DNA of 47,690 bases from an uncultured Gammaproteobacteria bacterium (GCA_965368115.1 CBDULQ010000001.1:1-47690), one strand, 5' to 3'. Numbered from the stretch's first letter, positions 26,581 to 39,342 are shown. Notes: generated by a model not told the origin, from the sequence alone. Numbers and translations: made by a program.

Positions 26581-27849
26581 TTACCAGTCGAAACCGTAAA
26601 CGTATTTGAAAATCACCACGTCCAGCCGTGGAAACAGATCCTGCTGCTGTTGTAGACCAACGGCGTCCGCAGGATGGCTATCGCCAAACTGGCCATAGTA
26701 TTCCAGGCTGACCCGATAATTTCGTTGTCCCGGCAACTTTTTCCCGTATTGCACACCCAGTGTCAAGGCATCGAATTCCGCCAGCCTGAAATCGGCTGAG
26801 GCAAATTCGGGCAGCCCCTGACTTTGCGGCAGGCTGTGCCTGTAAAACTCCGCCGCCTGTTGTCGATAAAGGCGAATGTGCGGTTCAAGGTAACGCAACG
26901 CATCCAGTTTGTAACGATATTTCACATCCAGGGTATGCGATCGAATATCCCAATCATCTTCAAGGTATCGATAGGAAAGCGTCAGTATGTCACCGGTCAG
27001 GTTCAGCCTGTAGGCGCCGTACAGACTTTGCATAATGCGTAATCCGGGGCGTTTTTCGAACAGGTAATCCAGTGTGGCGCCCGGGTTGCTGCCGGTATCG
27101 TCGATCACGCTGAGCATTTTGTAGGGATCGGTCAGATAACCACTGTACCTGGAGTATCCATACCTTATTTGCATCAACGCACGCGGGCTCAGAATCTGGG
27201 TAACACCCAGCCCCAGTCCCTGCACCCGACGCGACACACTGGACTCGCCACGCGGCTGGGTATCGCCCGGGGGTGCCATAGACGCCAGTGGATCGGGGAT
27301 ATCACCCACCGGGTGCACACGGTCATATTCGAAATCCGCACCCAGTAGCAACGTGGTGTTGCGCTGATTGAAATCATGGCGAAGATCAACACCACCGCCC
27401 ATGGACAGGAAATCGAACTCCATCGACAGGTGCGCCTTGTAATCCAGCTCGGTGGTTTCGGAATAGGGCAGTGTCAGCAGAGTGGACACCCCCATACGAG
27501 TATCCATATGCGTATCGTCTGCAGGTAATTCGCCGGGGGCAACGCTGTAGGATCCTTCGCCGGATGCCATGGTAAAGGTCTGCACCACGTTGCTGGCGGT
27601 CGCCCCATTCGGTGTTGCGCCGGTAATCACATCCAGTTCACCATTGATCTGCAAACGTGCGTCGTCGTCCAGTTCTCGCGCACCGCTGACCAGCAGTTCC
27701 ACGCCGGTGTTACGATCCACTTCGATGTAATTCATCAAGCCCAGGTCGATCTGCCAGGGTTCAGCGGCCTGGGCGACGGGCAGCCCCCCCAGCAACCCGC
27801 CGCAAGCCAGTGCAAGGCGGTCACGAATGCGTGCTGTTTTCAGTTGCAT
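26581..27849 (-). CDS. Predicted outer-membrane beta-barrel protein (DUF3570-like)
   Basis: Start trimmed to Met60 of the 481-aa ORF, giving 'MQLKTARIRDRLALACGGLLGGLPVAQA|AEPW', a good signal peptide. Alternating beta-strand pattern, C-terminal 'YVYGFDW' aromatic terminus. Confidence 0.75.
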   Translation of the reverse strand: MQLKTARIRDRLALACGGLLGGLPVAQAAEPWQIDLGLMNYIEVDRNTGVELLVSGARELDDDARLQINGELDVITGATPNGATASNVVQTFTMASGEGSYSVAPGELPADDTHMDTRMGVSTLLTLPYSETTELDYKAHLSMEFDFLSMGGGVDLRHDFNQRNTTLLLGADFEYDRVHPVGDIPDPLASMAPPGDTQPRGESSVSRRVQGLGLGVTQILSPRALMQIRYGYSRYSGYLTDPYKMLSVIDDTGSNPGATLDYLFEKRPGLRIMQSLYGAYRLNLTGDILTLSYRYLEDDWDIRSHTLDVKYRYKLDALRYLEPHIRLYRQQAAEFYRHSLPQSQGLPEFASADFRLAEFDALTLGVQYGKKLPGQRNYRVSLEYYGQFGDSHPADAVGLQQQQDLFPRLDVVIFKYVYGFDW

Positions 27850-28073
27850 CCGCAACCTCCTCCCGAAAATCCACGCCCGCCGCTGGACGCTTCCTTGCTG
27901 AAATAAAAATGTTCGTCGAATCCTGTCATCGCCGGATCCTCTTCGAAAGACATACCCGGTTGCGCCAGCGTCGATTTTTCCCAGGCCGCGACCGGCGCCA
28001 GACTGCAGCCCTGCAGTAAAGTGCAAGCGATCACGACAGGTAAGCTAATCCAGCGATGCAGTTTGATAGCCAT
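27840..28073 (-). CDS. Small lipoprotein (DUF4266-like) with GGGCGCN C-terminus
   Basis: 77 aa. Lipobox 'LLQGC', C-terminus 'SGGRGFSGGGCGCN'. Its stop overlaps the downstream barrel gene start by 10 nt. Confidence 0.75.
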   Translation of the reverse strand: MAIKLHRWISLPVVIACTLLQGCSLAPVAAWEKSTLAQPGMSFEEDPAMTGFDEHFYFSKEASSGGRGFSGGGCGCN

Positions 28074-28222
28074 GGCAGTCCCAAGGATGATTTTTAATCA
28101 CAAAATCGTTCAGTATATCAGTTCAGAAAATCTTCGACACGCTAACCCCGACTTCTCTAAGTGGCTGTAAACACGGGATTTGTTCTATTTGCTTCTAATC
28201 CGCATTGGCGTAGTATTCAGGC

Positions 28223-29080
28223 ATGCAAGATTCACAGGACCATATTCCTGAATATACCCGCCAGGAACTCGAACTACTGCAACAGATCCTGCGCGACACC
28301 GTGCAGCCGGAAATGATCATTCTGTTCGGTAGCTATGCCCGTGGCGACTGGGTGGCAGAAAAAACCCCGGATGGCGTGCACTACCAGTACCAGAGCGACC
28401 TGGATATTCTGGTCGTCACTGAAACTGAAAGCCAGGCCGCAAGACTCGAAACCAATACCCCGCTCAACACCGCCCTGAGCCAGCGCATCAAAACACCGGT
28501 CAGCCTGATTGCCCACGACATTCAATTCCTCAATCGGCGACTCAAAAAAGGCCAGTATTTTTTCACCGATATTCAGAAGGAAGGCATTCTGTTATACAGC
28601 AGCGGCCGGTACACACTTGAACAGCCGCGTGAGCTGCACCCGCGAGAACGCAAATTGCTGGCAACCGATGATTTCGATTACTGGTTCGGTAAGGCGCTAA
28701 AACTGAAAAAAGGTTTCCAGTTGTATTTCGACGAAGGTGACTACAGCGAAGCGGTGTTTCTACTGCACCAGATGACCGAACGTTTTCTCGGTGCCATCCT
28801 GCTAGTGTTTACTCGTTACAAACCCAACACGCATGACCTGGGTAAACTGCTTAAACGCGCATCCAGCATCGAGCCACGCATGCTCAGCGTTTTTCCCCAG
28901 GGCAGCGAACAGGAATGCGAATGCTTTCAGTTGTTAAAAAAAGCTTATGTCGATGCGCGTTACAAACCGAGCTATCACATCAGTCGAGATCAACTCGCCT
29001 GGCTCGCTGAACGTGTGGCAATCCTGGAGCAGATGACGAAGGATTTCTGTAACGCAAAAATCGCTTCATTCGATCAATAA
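28223..29080 (+). CDS. Fused minimal nucleotidyltransferase (MNT) and HEPN domain protein
   Basis: 285 aa. NTase 'LFGSYARGD...SDLDILVV'. HEPN half 'LLHQMTERFLGAILL...NTHDLGKLL...DARYKPSYH' (R-x5-H). Confidence 0.8.
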   Translation: MQDSQDHIPEYTRQELELLQQILRDTVQPEMIILFGSYARGDWVAEKTPDGVHYQYQSDLDILVVTETESQAARLETNTPLNTALSQRIKTPVSLIAHDIQFLNRRLKKGQYFFTDIQKEGILLYSSGRYTLEQPRELHPRERKLLATDDFDYWFGKALKLKKGFQLYFDEGDYSEAVFLLHQMTERFLGAILLVFTRYKPNTHDLGKLLKRASSIEPRMLSVFPQGSEQECECFQLLKKAYVDARYKPSYHISRDQLAWLAERVAILEQMTKDFCNAKIASFDQ

Positions 29081-29092
29081 AACGCCTGCGAA

Positions 29093-30454
29093 TTATTTAT
29101 TATTGGTGGGTCGCTGCCAGCCGGTGATCGCTTTCTGTGGTGAACGACTGATCACCAGCACATCTTCATCGACATCTCGCGTCACGGTGGTTCCAGCACC
29201 GATGGTTGCGTTGGCACCCACGCGTACCGGTGCAACCAGTTGGGTATCCGAACCAACGAACACATTATCGCCGATAATCGTCTTGTGCTTGTTAGCCCCG
29301 TCGTAGTTACAGGTAATGGTTCCCGCGCCAATGTTGACGTTGCTACCCATTTCCGTGTCACCCACATAACTCAGGTGATTCACCTTACTGCCTTCACCAA
29401 TCGTCGCATTTTTAATTTCCACGAAATTGCCGACTTTAGATTTAGCCTGTAAATGCGTGCCGGGACGGATACGCGCAAAGGGGCCGATAGTCACATCAGC
29501 TTCAACAACGGCATTTTCAATCATACAGTGCGGCTCGATGGTAACGCCTGCTCCAATCTTCGAATTAATGATGACGCAATTTGCGCCGATCGTTACACCA
29601 CCGGCAATCTCGACATCGCCTTCCAGCACGACATTGATATCGATAAAAACATCGGGCTCGATGTTCAGATTTCCACGTACATCGAGGCGCGCAGGATCCG
29701 CCAGGGTAACACCGGCAAACATCAGTTCATCGGCGATATTACGTTGGTACACCCGTTCCAGCATTGCCAGTTGCTGACGATTGTTCACCCCTTCCACCTC
29801 AAATGACGCGCTCGGATGCGAGGTCTGGATTTCCACACCATCCGCTGCGGCGAGAGCAAACACATCGGTCAAATAATATTCGCCCTGGGCATTATTGTTG
29901 TCGATTCGATCAAGATATTTTTTCAACACATGGCCATTTGCGGCCAGCATGCCGGTGTTGACTTCGGTGATCGTCAATTGCTCGGCTGACGCGTCTTTTT
30001 GTTCGACGATGCCGACCACCTTGTCATGTTCGTTGCGGAGAATACGACCGTAACCGAACGGGTTGTCGAGATGGACGGTCAACAAGGCGATTTTATCTCC
30101 CATGTTTTCCATCATCTGACGCAGCGTATCGACACGGGTCAGCGGTACGTCTCCGTACAGAACCAGCACGTCGTTATCCAGGTTTACCGCCTGCAGGGCA
30201 TGTTGAACTGCGTGGCCGGTGCCCAGTTGTTCGGCCTGTTCTACCCAGCTGGCGGAAAAATGTGCGCAGCGTTGTTTAACCTGCTCACCACCGTGACCGT
30301 AAACCACAACGATTTCTTCCGCAGCCAGTTCGGTTGCGGCATCGTAGACATGTTCCAGCAGGGGTTTTCGGGCCAGCGGGTGAAGTACCTTGGGCAGGGT
30401 GGATTTCATTCGCGTACCCTTGCCAGCCGCCAGTATAACGACGCTCAATGCCAT
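29093..30454 (-). CDS. glmU: Bifunctional UDP-N-acetylglucosamine pyrophosphorylase / GlcN-1-P acetyltransferase
   Basis: 453 aa. '[14 protein letters not shown]', left-handed beta-helix hexapeptide repeats. Classical position downstream of atpC. Confidence 0.95.
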   Translation of the reverse strand: MALSVVILAAGKGTRMKSTLPKVLHPLARKPLLEHVYDAATELAAEEIVVVYGHGGEQVKQRCAHFSASWVEQAEQLGTGHAVQHALQAVNLDNDVLVLYGDVPLTRVDTLRQMMENMGDKIALLTVHLDNPFGYGRILRNEHDKVVGIVEQKDASAEQLTITEVNTGMLAANGHVLKKYLDRIDNNNAQGEYYLTDVFALAAADGVEIQTSHPSASFEVEGVNNRQQLAMLERVYQRNIADELMFAGVTLADPARLDVRGNLNIEPDVFIDINVVLEGDVEIAGGVTIGANCVIINSKIGAGVTIEPHCMIENAVVEADVTIGPFARIRPGTHLQAKSKVGNFVEIKNATIGEGSKVNHLSYVGDTEMGSNVNIGAGTITCNYDGANKHKTIIGDNVFVGSDTQLVAPVRVGANATIGAGTTVTRDVDEDVLVISRSPQKAITGWQRPTNNK

Positions 30455-30551
30455 GGATCGATCCTTTTTATTCAGCCTGTTTCAGCGATTGGATCGATTC
30501 TAACACGGGATATGCCAATTGAGATGACCGGGACGGAGGAGCCGGTAATGA

Positions 30552-30968
30552 TCAGCTTTTGCGGGAACGCACTTTCTTAATGGTTTCCACCATGGCAGCC
30601 AGCTCTGCCAGCTCAGCTTTGGCGCGCGCAAAATCCATCTCCGACTGACGATCCGCCATGGCATCCTCGGCGCGTTGTTTCGCTTCCAGGGCTGCGGCCT
30701 CATCCAGATCGTCGGCACGGATTGCGGTATCGGCCAGGATGGTGATCATGTGGGGTTGCACTTCCATGACACCACCGGAAATGAAAAATGAGGTTTCCTG
30801 ATGGTGCGGATCACGAATCCGGACTTCACCGGGTTTCAACGCCGTCAGCAAGGGCGAATGGCGGGGTGCTATACCCAGTTCACCCATCTCCCCCGGTGCG
30901 AACAGCATGATCACCGGACCGGACCAGATCTGTTGTTCGGCACTAACGATATCGACGTGAATTTCCAT
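30552..30968 (-). CDS. atpC: F1 ATP synthase epsilon subunit, second (diverged) tandem paralog
   Basis: 138 aa, alignable over its full length to the upstream epsilon (roughly 80% identity by hand alignment). Intact N-terminal beta-sandwich and C-terminal helical hairpin. Weak SD. Located downstream of the atp terminator. Confidence 0.85.
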   Translation of the reverse strand: MEIHVDIVSAEQQIWSGPVIMLFAPGEMGELGIAPRHSPLLTALKPGEVRIRDPHHQETSFFISGGVMEVQPHMITILADTAIRADDLDEAAALEAKQRAEDAMADRQSEMDFARAKAELAELAAMVETIKKVRSRKS

Positions 30969-30999
30969 ATTCTGAGATTAACCCGCTAGCCGACAAAGT

Positions 31000-31020
31000 G
31001 CACCCCCTGAAGCGGGGTGC
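31000..31020 (-). other. GC-rich hairpin between the two atpC copies
   Basis: GCACCCC-ctgaagc-GGGGTGC, a 7-bp stem, 31 nt upstream of the second atpC ATG. Confidence 0.4.
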
Positions 31021-31027
31021 AGAAATA

Positions 31028-31054
31028 GAAAAACCGGCATAAAGCCGGTTTTTC
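31028..31054 (-). terminator. Rho-independent terminator of the atp operon
   Basis: gaaaaaCCGGCataaaGCCGGtttttc. The A-run/T-run makes it bidirectional. Lies 30 nt past the first atpC stop. Confidence 0.65.
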
Positions 31055-31083
31055 TGCGTTAGCTCAAATCACATTGTACGTGT

Positions 31084-31503
31084 TTAACGACGTGATCGAA
31101 CCTTCTTGATGGTTTCCACCAGTGCCGCTGCTTCGGCCAGTTCCGCCTTGGCGCGAGCGAAATCCATATCGGATTTCTGATCGGCCATGGCTTCTTCAGC
31201 ACGTTGCTTGGCTTCCAGGGCGGCCGCTTCGTCAATGTCGTCGGCGCGAATCGCGGTGTCGGACAGGACGGTGACGACATGCGGCTGGATTTCCAGGATG
31301 CCACCGGAAATGAAGAACGACTCTTCATTGTTATGCTCGTCACGAACCCGGATTTCGCCCGGCTTCAGTCGAGTGAGCAGCGGGGTATGGCGGGGCGCAA
31401 TGCCCAGCTCACCCATCTCACCCGGCGCGAACACCATGGTGGCTGGACCTGACCAGATCTGCTGTTCAGCACTGACGATGTCCAGATGAATTGTCATAGC
31501 CAT
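31084..31503 (-). CDS. atpC: F1 ATP synthase epsilon subunit
   Basis: 139 aa. '[16 protein letters not shown]...[20 protein letters not shown]'. Strong SD (aaggtggg). Directly follows atpD. Confidence 0.92.
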   Translation of the reverse strand: MAMTIHLDIVSAEQQIWSGPATMVFAPGEMGELGIAPRHTPLLTRLKPGEIRVRDEHNNEESFFISGGILEIQPHVVTVLSDTAIRADDIDEAAALEAKQRAEEAMADQKSDMDFARAKAELAEAAALVETIKKVRSRR

Positions 31504-31517
31504 AATTCAGGCCCACC

Positions 31518-32909
<1,392 letters not shown>

Positions 32910-32967
32910 CTATATAACTTTAAAACTGTTTGCTCCCTCTCCCTGCCGGGAGAGGAGACTCAATCGG

Positions 32968-33828
32968 TTAAACCGCTGCGGCACCACCCACGATCTCGGA
33001 AATTTCCTGAGTAATCGCTGCCTGGCGCGCCTTGTTGTAAACGGTTTCCAGATCTTTAATGATGTCACCCGCATTATCGCTCGCACTCTTCATGGCGATC
33101 ATTCGCGCGGACATCTCACAGGCGATGTTTTCAACAACGCCCTGATAGACCTGGGATTCAACAAAGCGCATCAACAGGGCGTCCAGGATTTCTTTTGAAT
33201 CCGGCTCGTAGATGTAATCCCAGTGATGTTTCAGTTCTTCATCGGGCTTACCGGAAATCGGCAGAATCTGCTGTACTTCCGGCGTTTGCGTCATGGTATT
33301 AACGAACTCGTTATTTACCAGGTACAGCGCGTCGATCTTGCCTTCATTGTAGGCATCGAGCATCACCTTAACGGTACCGATCAGTTCATTAATATGCGGT
33401 GTGTCACCCAACTGTGTAGTTTGCGCTACCATGTTGGCGCCACGACGTTTGAAGAAATCAACGCCTTTGCGACCGATAGCGACAACATCAATTTCGACAT
33501 TCTTTTCGTGGAAGCCCAGCATGTCGTTGACTGTTTTCTTGAACAGATTGACATTCAGGCCACCACACAAACCACGATCAGAAGATACAACGATGTAACC
33601 GACTCGTTTTACTTCGCGCTCGATCATAAACGGATGTTTGTACTCGGGATGCGACAGGGCCAGATGGCCGATAACAGTCCGCATCTTTTCCGCATATGGT
33701 CGAGTTGCATTCATACGGTCCTGCGCTTTGCGCATTTTACTCGCCGCCACCATTTCCATGGCTTTGGTGATCTTCTGAGTATTTTTAATACTCTTGATCT
33801 TGGTCCGTATTTCTTTTGCACCCGCCAT
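32968..33828 (-). CDS. atpG: F1 ATP synthase gamma subunit
   Basis: 286 aa. '[36 protein letters not shown]', C-terminal '[15 protein letters not shown]'. Confidence 0.95.
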   Translation of the reverse strand: MAGAKEIRTKIKSIKNTQKITKAMEMVAASKMRKAQDRMNATRPYAEKMRTVIGHLALSHPEYKHPFMIEREVKRVGYIVVSSDRGLCGGLNVNLFKKTVNDMLGFHEKNVEIDVVAIGRKGVDFFKRRGANMVAQTTQLGDTPHINELIGTVKVMLDAYNEGKIDALYLVNNEFVNTMTQTPEVQQILPISGKPDEELKHHWDYIYEPDSKEILDALLMRFVESQVYQGVVENIACEMSARMIAMKSASDNAGDIIKDLETVYNKARQAAITQEISEIVGGAAAV

Positions 33829-33840
33829 AATAGTCTCCGT

Positions 33841-35382
33841 TTAGTAAACGCCGTTGGCTTTGAATGCTTCGATAGCTGCAGACATTTTCGCAGCAATGTC
33901 GTCATTGAAATCAGCGTTTTCGTTGATCTCGGCCAACAGGTCGGCATTGTTACTCTTCAGATGAGACTGCATGGCCGCTTCGAACGCAACAATCTTGTTG
34001 GCCGGAACATCGTCCATAAAGCCTTTGTCTACCGCATACAATGAGAATGCCATTTCAGCAGTGCTCATCGGTGAGTACTGACCCTGCTTCATCAGTTCGG
34101 TAACGCGTTGACCACGTTCCAGCTGTGCACGAGTCGCTTCATCCAGATCCGAAGCAAACTGAGCGAAGGCCGCCAGTTCACGATACTGAGCCAGTGCCAG
34201 ACGCACACCGCCACCCAGTTTCTTGATGATCTTGGTTTGTGCCGCACCACCTACACGTGATACTGACAGACCGGCGTTGATCGCAGGACGGATACCTGAG
34301 TTGAACAGGTCTGATTCCAGGAAGATCTGACCGTCGGTAATGGAGATAACGTTGGTCGGTACGAAAGCGGATACGTCACCCGCCTGGGTTTCGATGATCG
34401 GCAGTGCGGTCAATGAACCGGTCTGGCCTTTCACTTCACCGTTGGTGAATTTTTCGACGTAATCAGCGTTAACGCGTGCCGCTCGTTCAAGCAGACGGGA
34501 GTGCAGGTAGAACACGTCACCGGGATAAGCTTCACGACCCGGCGGACGACGCAGCAACAGTGAGACCTGACGGTAGGCCCATGCCTGCTTGGTCAGATCA
34601 TCGTATACGATCAGTGCGTCCTGACCACGGTCGCGGTAGAACTCACCCATGGAACAACCGGAGTAAGGTGCGATGTACTGCATTGCCGCAGATTCGGAAG
34701 CGGTCGCGGCAACAACAATGGTGTGATCCATGGCGCCGTGTTCTTCCAGCTTGCGAACGATGTTGGCAACAGTAGAAGCCTTCTGACCTACCGCAACGTA
34801 AACACATTTAACGCCGGAACCTTTCTGGTTGATGATGGCGTCGATGGCTACGGCAGTCTTACCGGTCTGGCGGTCACCGATGATCAGCTCACGCTGGCCA
34901 CGACCTACAGGAACCATGGCGTCGATCGCTTTCAGACCGGTCTGAACCGGCTGGTCAACCGACTTACGCTCGATAACGCCGGGGGCAATTTTTTCGATCG
35001 GTGAAGACGTTGATGTTTCGATCGGACCTTTACCGTCGATGGGGTTACCCAGCGCATCGACAACACGACCCAGCAGTGCATCACCGGTAGGCACTTCCAG
35101 AATACGACCGGTGCATTTCGCCGTGTCGCCTTCGGACAGATGACCATAGTCACCCAGTACCACCGCACCTACAGAGTCGCGCTCCAGGTTCAGTGCCAGT
35201 GCGTATGTATCGCCAGGCAGTTCGATCATCTCACCGGCCATGGCGTCGGTCAGACCGTGAATACGGATGATACCGTCGGTCAGACTTACAATAGTACCTT
35301 CGGTACGAGCTTCCGCTTCGGACTCGAAGTTTTCGATTCGTTTCTTAATCAGATCACTGATTTCTGATGGATTCAATTGCAT
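33841..35382 (-). CDS. atpA: F1 ATP synthase alpha subunit
   Basis: 513 aa. 'GDRQTGKT' P-loop, full-length alpha hallmarks. Confidence 0.97.
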   Translation of the reverse strand: MQLNPSEISDLIKKRIENFESEAEARTEGTIVSLTDGIIRIHGLTDAMAGEMIELPGDTYALALNLERDSVGAVVLGDYGHLSEGDTAKCTGRILEVPTGDALLGRVVDALGNPIDGKGPIETSTSSPIEKIAPGVIERKSVDQPVQTGLKAIDAMVPVGRGQRELIIGDRQTGKTAVAIDAIINQKGSGVKCVYVAVGQKASTVANIVRKLEEHGAMDHTIVVAATASESAAMQYIAPYSGCSMGEFYRDRGQDALIVYDDLTKQAWAYRQVSLLLRRPPGREAYPGDVFYLHSRLLERAARVNADYVEKFTNGEVKGQTGSLTALPIIETQAGDVSAFVPTNVISITDGQIFLESDLFNSGIRPAINAGLSVSRVGGAAQTKIIKKLGGGVRLALAQYRELAAFAQFASDLDEATRAQLERGQRVTELMKQGQYSPMSTAEMAFSLYAVDKGFMDDVPANKIVAFEAAMQSHLKSNNADLLAEINENADFNDDIAAKMSAAIEAFKANGVY

Positions 35383-35398
35383 TGTTTAATCCTCTTGA

Positions 35399-35935
35399 TC
35401 AATGGTTCAACGCCTGGGCCAGCGAGCCCAGTCTAGCGTTTGCCGAACCATCAATGACTAAATCGCCAGCCCGGATAACGACACCACCGATTAATGATTC
35501 ATCGGTTTCGGTCACCAGTGTGACATCGCAACCCAGTTTCTTTTTGAGTGCCTCGGTCATTGCAGATAACTGCGCATCGCTCAGGGGGAAAGCCGATGTC
35601 ACGGTTGCTTCAACTTTGCTTTCTGCTTCGGCGCGAAGTTGCTCGTACATCTCAGCAATATCGTTTACCAGTTGCAGACGACCGTTTTCGGCCAGCAGCT
35701 TGACGAAGTTGGCACCGGCATTCGAGAGTTTGTCTCCACAAATGTCGATGAGCAGCTGGGCCTTATCGGCGGCACCCAGTTTGGGCGACTCCAGGGCTGC
35801 CTGCATATCGGCATTGGCGGTCAGCTCAGCCAACAGTGCCAGTGCTTCAGACCAGGCGGCCTGGGATGAATCAGCGCGAGCCGTTTCGAAAACGGCGCGT
35901 GCATAAGGACGGGCGGCAGTAGTGTTATCCGACAT
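35399..35935 (-). CDS. atpH: F1 ATP synthase delta subunit (OSCP)
   Basis: 178 aa. 'ARPYARAVFE', position between atpF and atpA. Confidence 0.92.
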   Translation of the reverse strand: MSDNTTAARPYARAVFETARADSSQAAWSEALALLAELTANADMQAALESPKLGAADKAQLLIDICGDKLSNAGANFVKLLAENGRLQLVNDIAEMYEQLRAEAESKVEATVTSAFPLSDAQLSAMTEALKKKLGCDVTLVTETDESLIGGVVIRAGDLVIDGSANARLGSLAQALNH

Positions 35936-35946
35936 GAGCGCTCACC

Positions 35947-36417
35947 TTATATCTGTGCGACCAGCTCGTCGACAATGTCGGCATGAGCTTTGGCATCGAT
36001 TTCGCGCTTCAGGACTTTTTCTGCGCCGGAAATGGCAATCGCCGCGACCTGCTGTCGCAGATGCTCTTTGGCGCGATTCACTTCCTGATCAATTTCAGCA
36101 TTAGCTGCTGCCTTGATCCGGTCAGCTTCTTCTTTCGCGCCGCCTTTGGCTTCTTCGACGATCTCGGAGGCACGTTTCTGTGCCTGGGCAACGATTTCAG
36201 CAGCCTGATCTTTAGCTTCTTTAATGTGCTGTTCGGCTGCTTTTTCTGCCAGTTCCTGTTCGTGCTTACCGCGTTCTGCAGCAGCCAGGCCATCGGCAAT
36301 CGTCTTCTTGCGTTCTTCCAGCGCCGCAATCAGCGGAGGCCAGACATACTTCATTACGAACCATACGAAAATGAAGAATGCAATCGATTGACCGATGAGG
36401 GTTGCATTAATGTTCAT
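35947..36417 (-). CDS. atpF: F0 ATP synthase subunit b
   Basis: 156 aa. N-terminal TM '[22 protein letters not shown]' followed by a long charged helix. Confidence 0.92.
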   Translation of the reverse strand: MNINATLIGQSIAFFIFVWFVMKYVWPPLIAALEERKKTIADGLAAAERGKHEQELAEKAAEQHIKEAKDQAAEIVAQAQKRASEIVEEAKGGAKEEADRIKAAANAEIDQEVNRAKEHLRQQVAAIAISGAEKVLKREIDAKAHADIVDELVAQI

Positions 36418-36468
36418 GCTCGTTCCTCTTGGTTAGTGGAATGAATCAATACTTACTTCAATCGGCCA

Positions 36469-36729
<261 letters not shown>

Positions 36730-36765
36730 TTAAAAGTTAAAAATCGTTACGATTCGAATTAAAAA

Positions 36766-38026
<1,261 letters not shown>

Positions 38027-38075
38027 TCGAAATTGCCCCCGCAGTCAACCGTTCAGGCCCGTAAAATGCGGGCAA

Positions 38076-38104
38076 ATTATAAGGAGTGCCCGAAACCGGG
38101 TCAA
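38076..38104 (-). promoter_or_regulatory. Near-consensus sigma-70 promoter of the atp operon
   Basis: Minus strand reads TTGACC-17 nt-TATAAT, with an AT-rich UP-like tract just upstream (aaaataaaaagacc). About 45 nt upstream of the atpI GTG. Confidence 0.55.
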
Positions 38105-38418
38105 GGCTTAATGGATTTATAAGGTCTTTTTATTTTAGAACATCATTATACGGTTATACGCTAGTTGCCATGCGGCTTACAGGGGTATTTAGCGGCCGTA
38201 AAACAATGCTGCACAAGCGCCGGATTGAGCCCGAATCAGCCCTTTACACGGCTTTGTGCCAGGGCCCGCTCACTGTAACATTGCGCAAAAAATAATCAAC
38301 GGCGGGTGAAAAATAATCGGTGTTTTTTAACCGTTTTTTTACCTTGAGTGTGGTATAGCGGCGCCGAATCGGCGCTGTTGCTGACCACAATGGATGTGAA
38401 ACGAGGAAAATCAGTGCA

Positions 38419-39321
38419 TCACTGGATGCGCGACAGGATACCGTCCAGTTCGTCCAGACTGGTGTAACTGATCACCAGCTGACCCTTGCCGCCGGATTTG
38501 TTGTGGATATTCACCGCGGCGCCGATGCGCTCGCTCAGCTCATCTTCCAGTCGCTTGATGTCCGGATCTGCAGCGGTCGTTCCGGTTGCGGATTTAGGGC
38601 TCGGGTTGAGATGTTTACGTACCAGCTGTTCGGTTTCACGTACCGACAGGCCTTTCTGCGCCACCTTATGGGCGATGGCACTCTGTTCGGATCCGCTCAG
38701 GGCGAGCAGTGCCCGGGCATGGCCCATGTCCAGCTGTTTCTCGTCGACCAGAGTTTTGACATCCTCGTTGAGATCGCGCAGGCGCAACAGGTTGGTTACC
38801 GAGGTCCGCGAACGACCCACCGCTTCCGCCACCTGCTGATGGGTCATGGCGAATTCATCGATCAGTCGCTGCAGTGCGCGGGATTCTTCAAGGGGATTCA
38901 GGTCTTCGCGCTGAATATTTTCAATCAGCGAGATCGCCGCGGCGGTCTGGTCATCCAGCTCTCGGACAACGGCAGGAATTTCACTTAAGCCTGCCAGCTG
39001 CGATGCGCGCCAGCGTCGTTCACCGGCGATCAGTTCAAACCGGCCTTCGGCCAGGGGACGCACCACGATCGGTTGCACCACGCCCTGGGCGCGAATCGAA
39101 TCCGCCAGTTCCTGCAGTGCTTCCGGCTCGAAGTGAACGCGCGGTTGATAAGTGCCGCGCTGGATCAGATCCACGTCGATGGTTTGCAATCCGGCAGCCG
39201 GAGTCGCAGGCACGGTTTCACTTGCCGGTGTGTGCTGCGGATTAGTCAGTTCATTGACCGCGGAAGCATTGCCCAGCAATGCATTCAGGCCGCGGCCTAA
39301 TCCACGTTTCTTTGTTGCCAT
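38419..39321 (-). CDS. parB: Chromosome partitioning protein ParB
   Basis: 300 aa. 'KRGLGRGLNALL', 'GERRWRA' ParB box, HTH 'THQQVAEAVGRSRTSVTNLLRL'. Confidence 0.93.
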   Translation of the reverse strand: MATKKRGLGRGLNALLGNASAVNELTNPQHTPASETVPATPAAGLQTIDVDLIQRGTYQPRVHFEPEALQELADSIRAQGVVQPIVVRPLAEGRFELIAGERRWRASQLAGLSEIPAVVRELDDQTAAAISLIENIQREDLNPLEESRALQRLIDEFAMTHQQVAEAVGRSRTSVTNLLRLRDLNEDVKTLVDEKQLDMGHARALLALSGSEQSAIAHKVAQKGLSVRETEQLVRKHLNPSPKSATGTTAADPDIKRLEDELSERIGAAVNIHNKSGGKGQLVISYTSLDELDGILSRIQ

Positions 39322-39342
39322 GTTGTAACCTTAATGATGTGA

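Noticed and set aside
27850-28026. 59-codon N-terminal extension of the DUF3570-like ORF ('MHFTAGLQSGAGRGLG...').
   Set aside because: The extension lies entirely inside the upstream lipoprotein gene in another frame and has no signal peptide. Met60 gives a canonical signal peptide and a typical short overlap with the upstream stop.
38086-38295. 69-aa plus-strand ORF in the parB-atpI spacer.
   Set aside because: There is no SD and the composition is implausible. It overlaps the strong minus-strand atp promoter and is probably non-coding.
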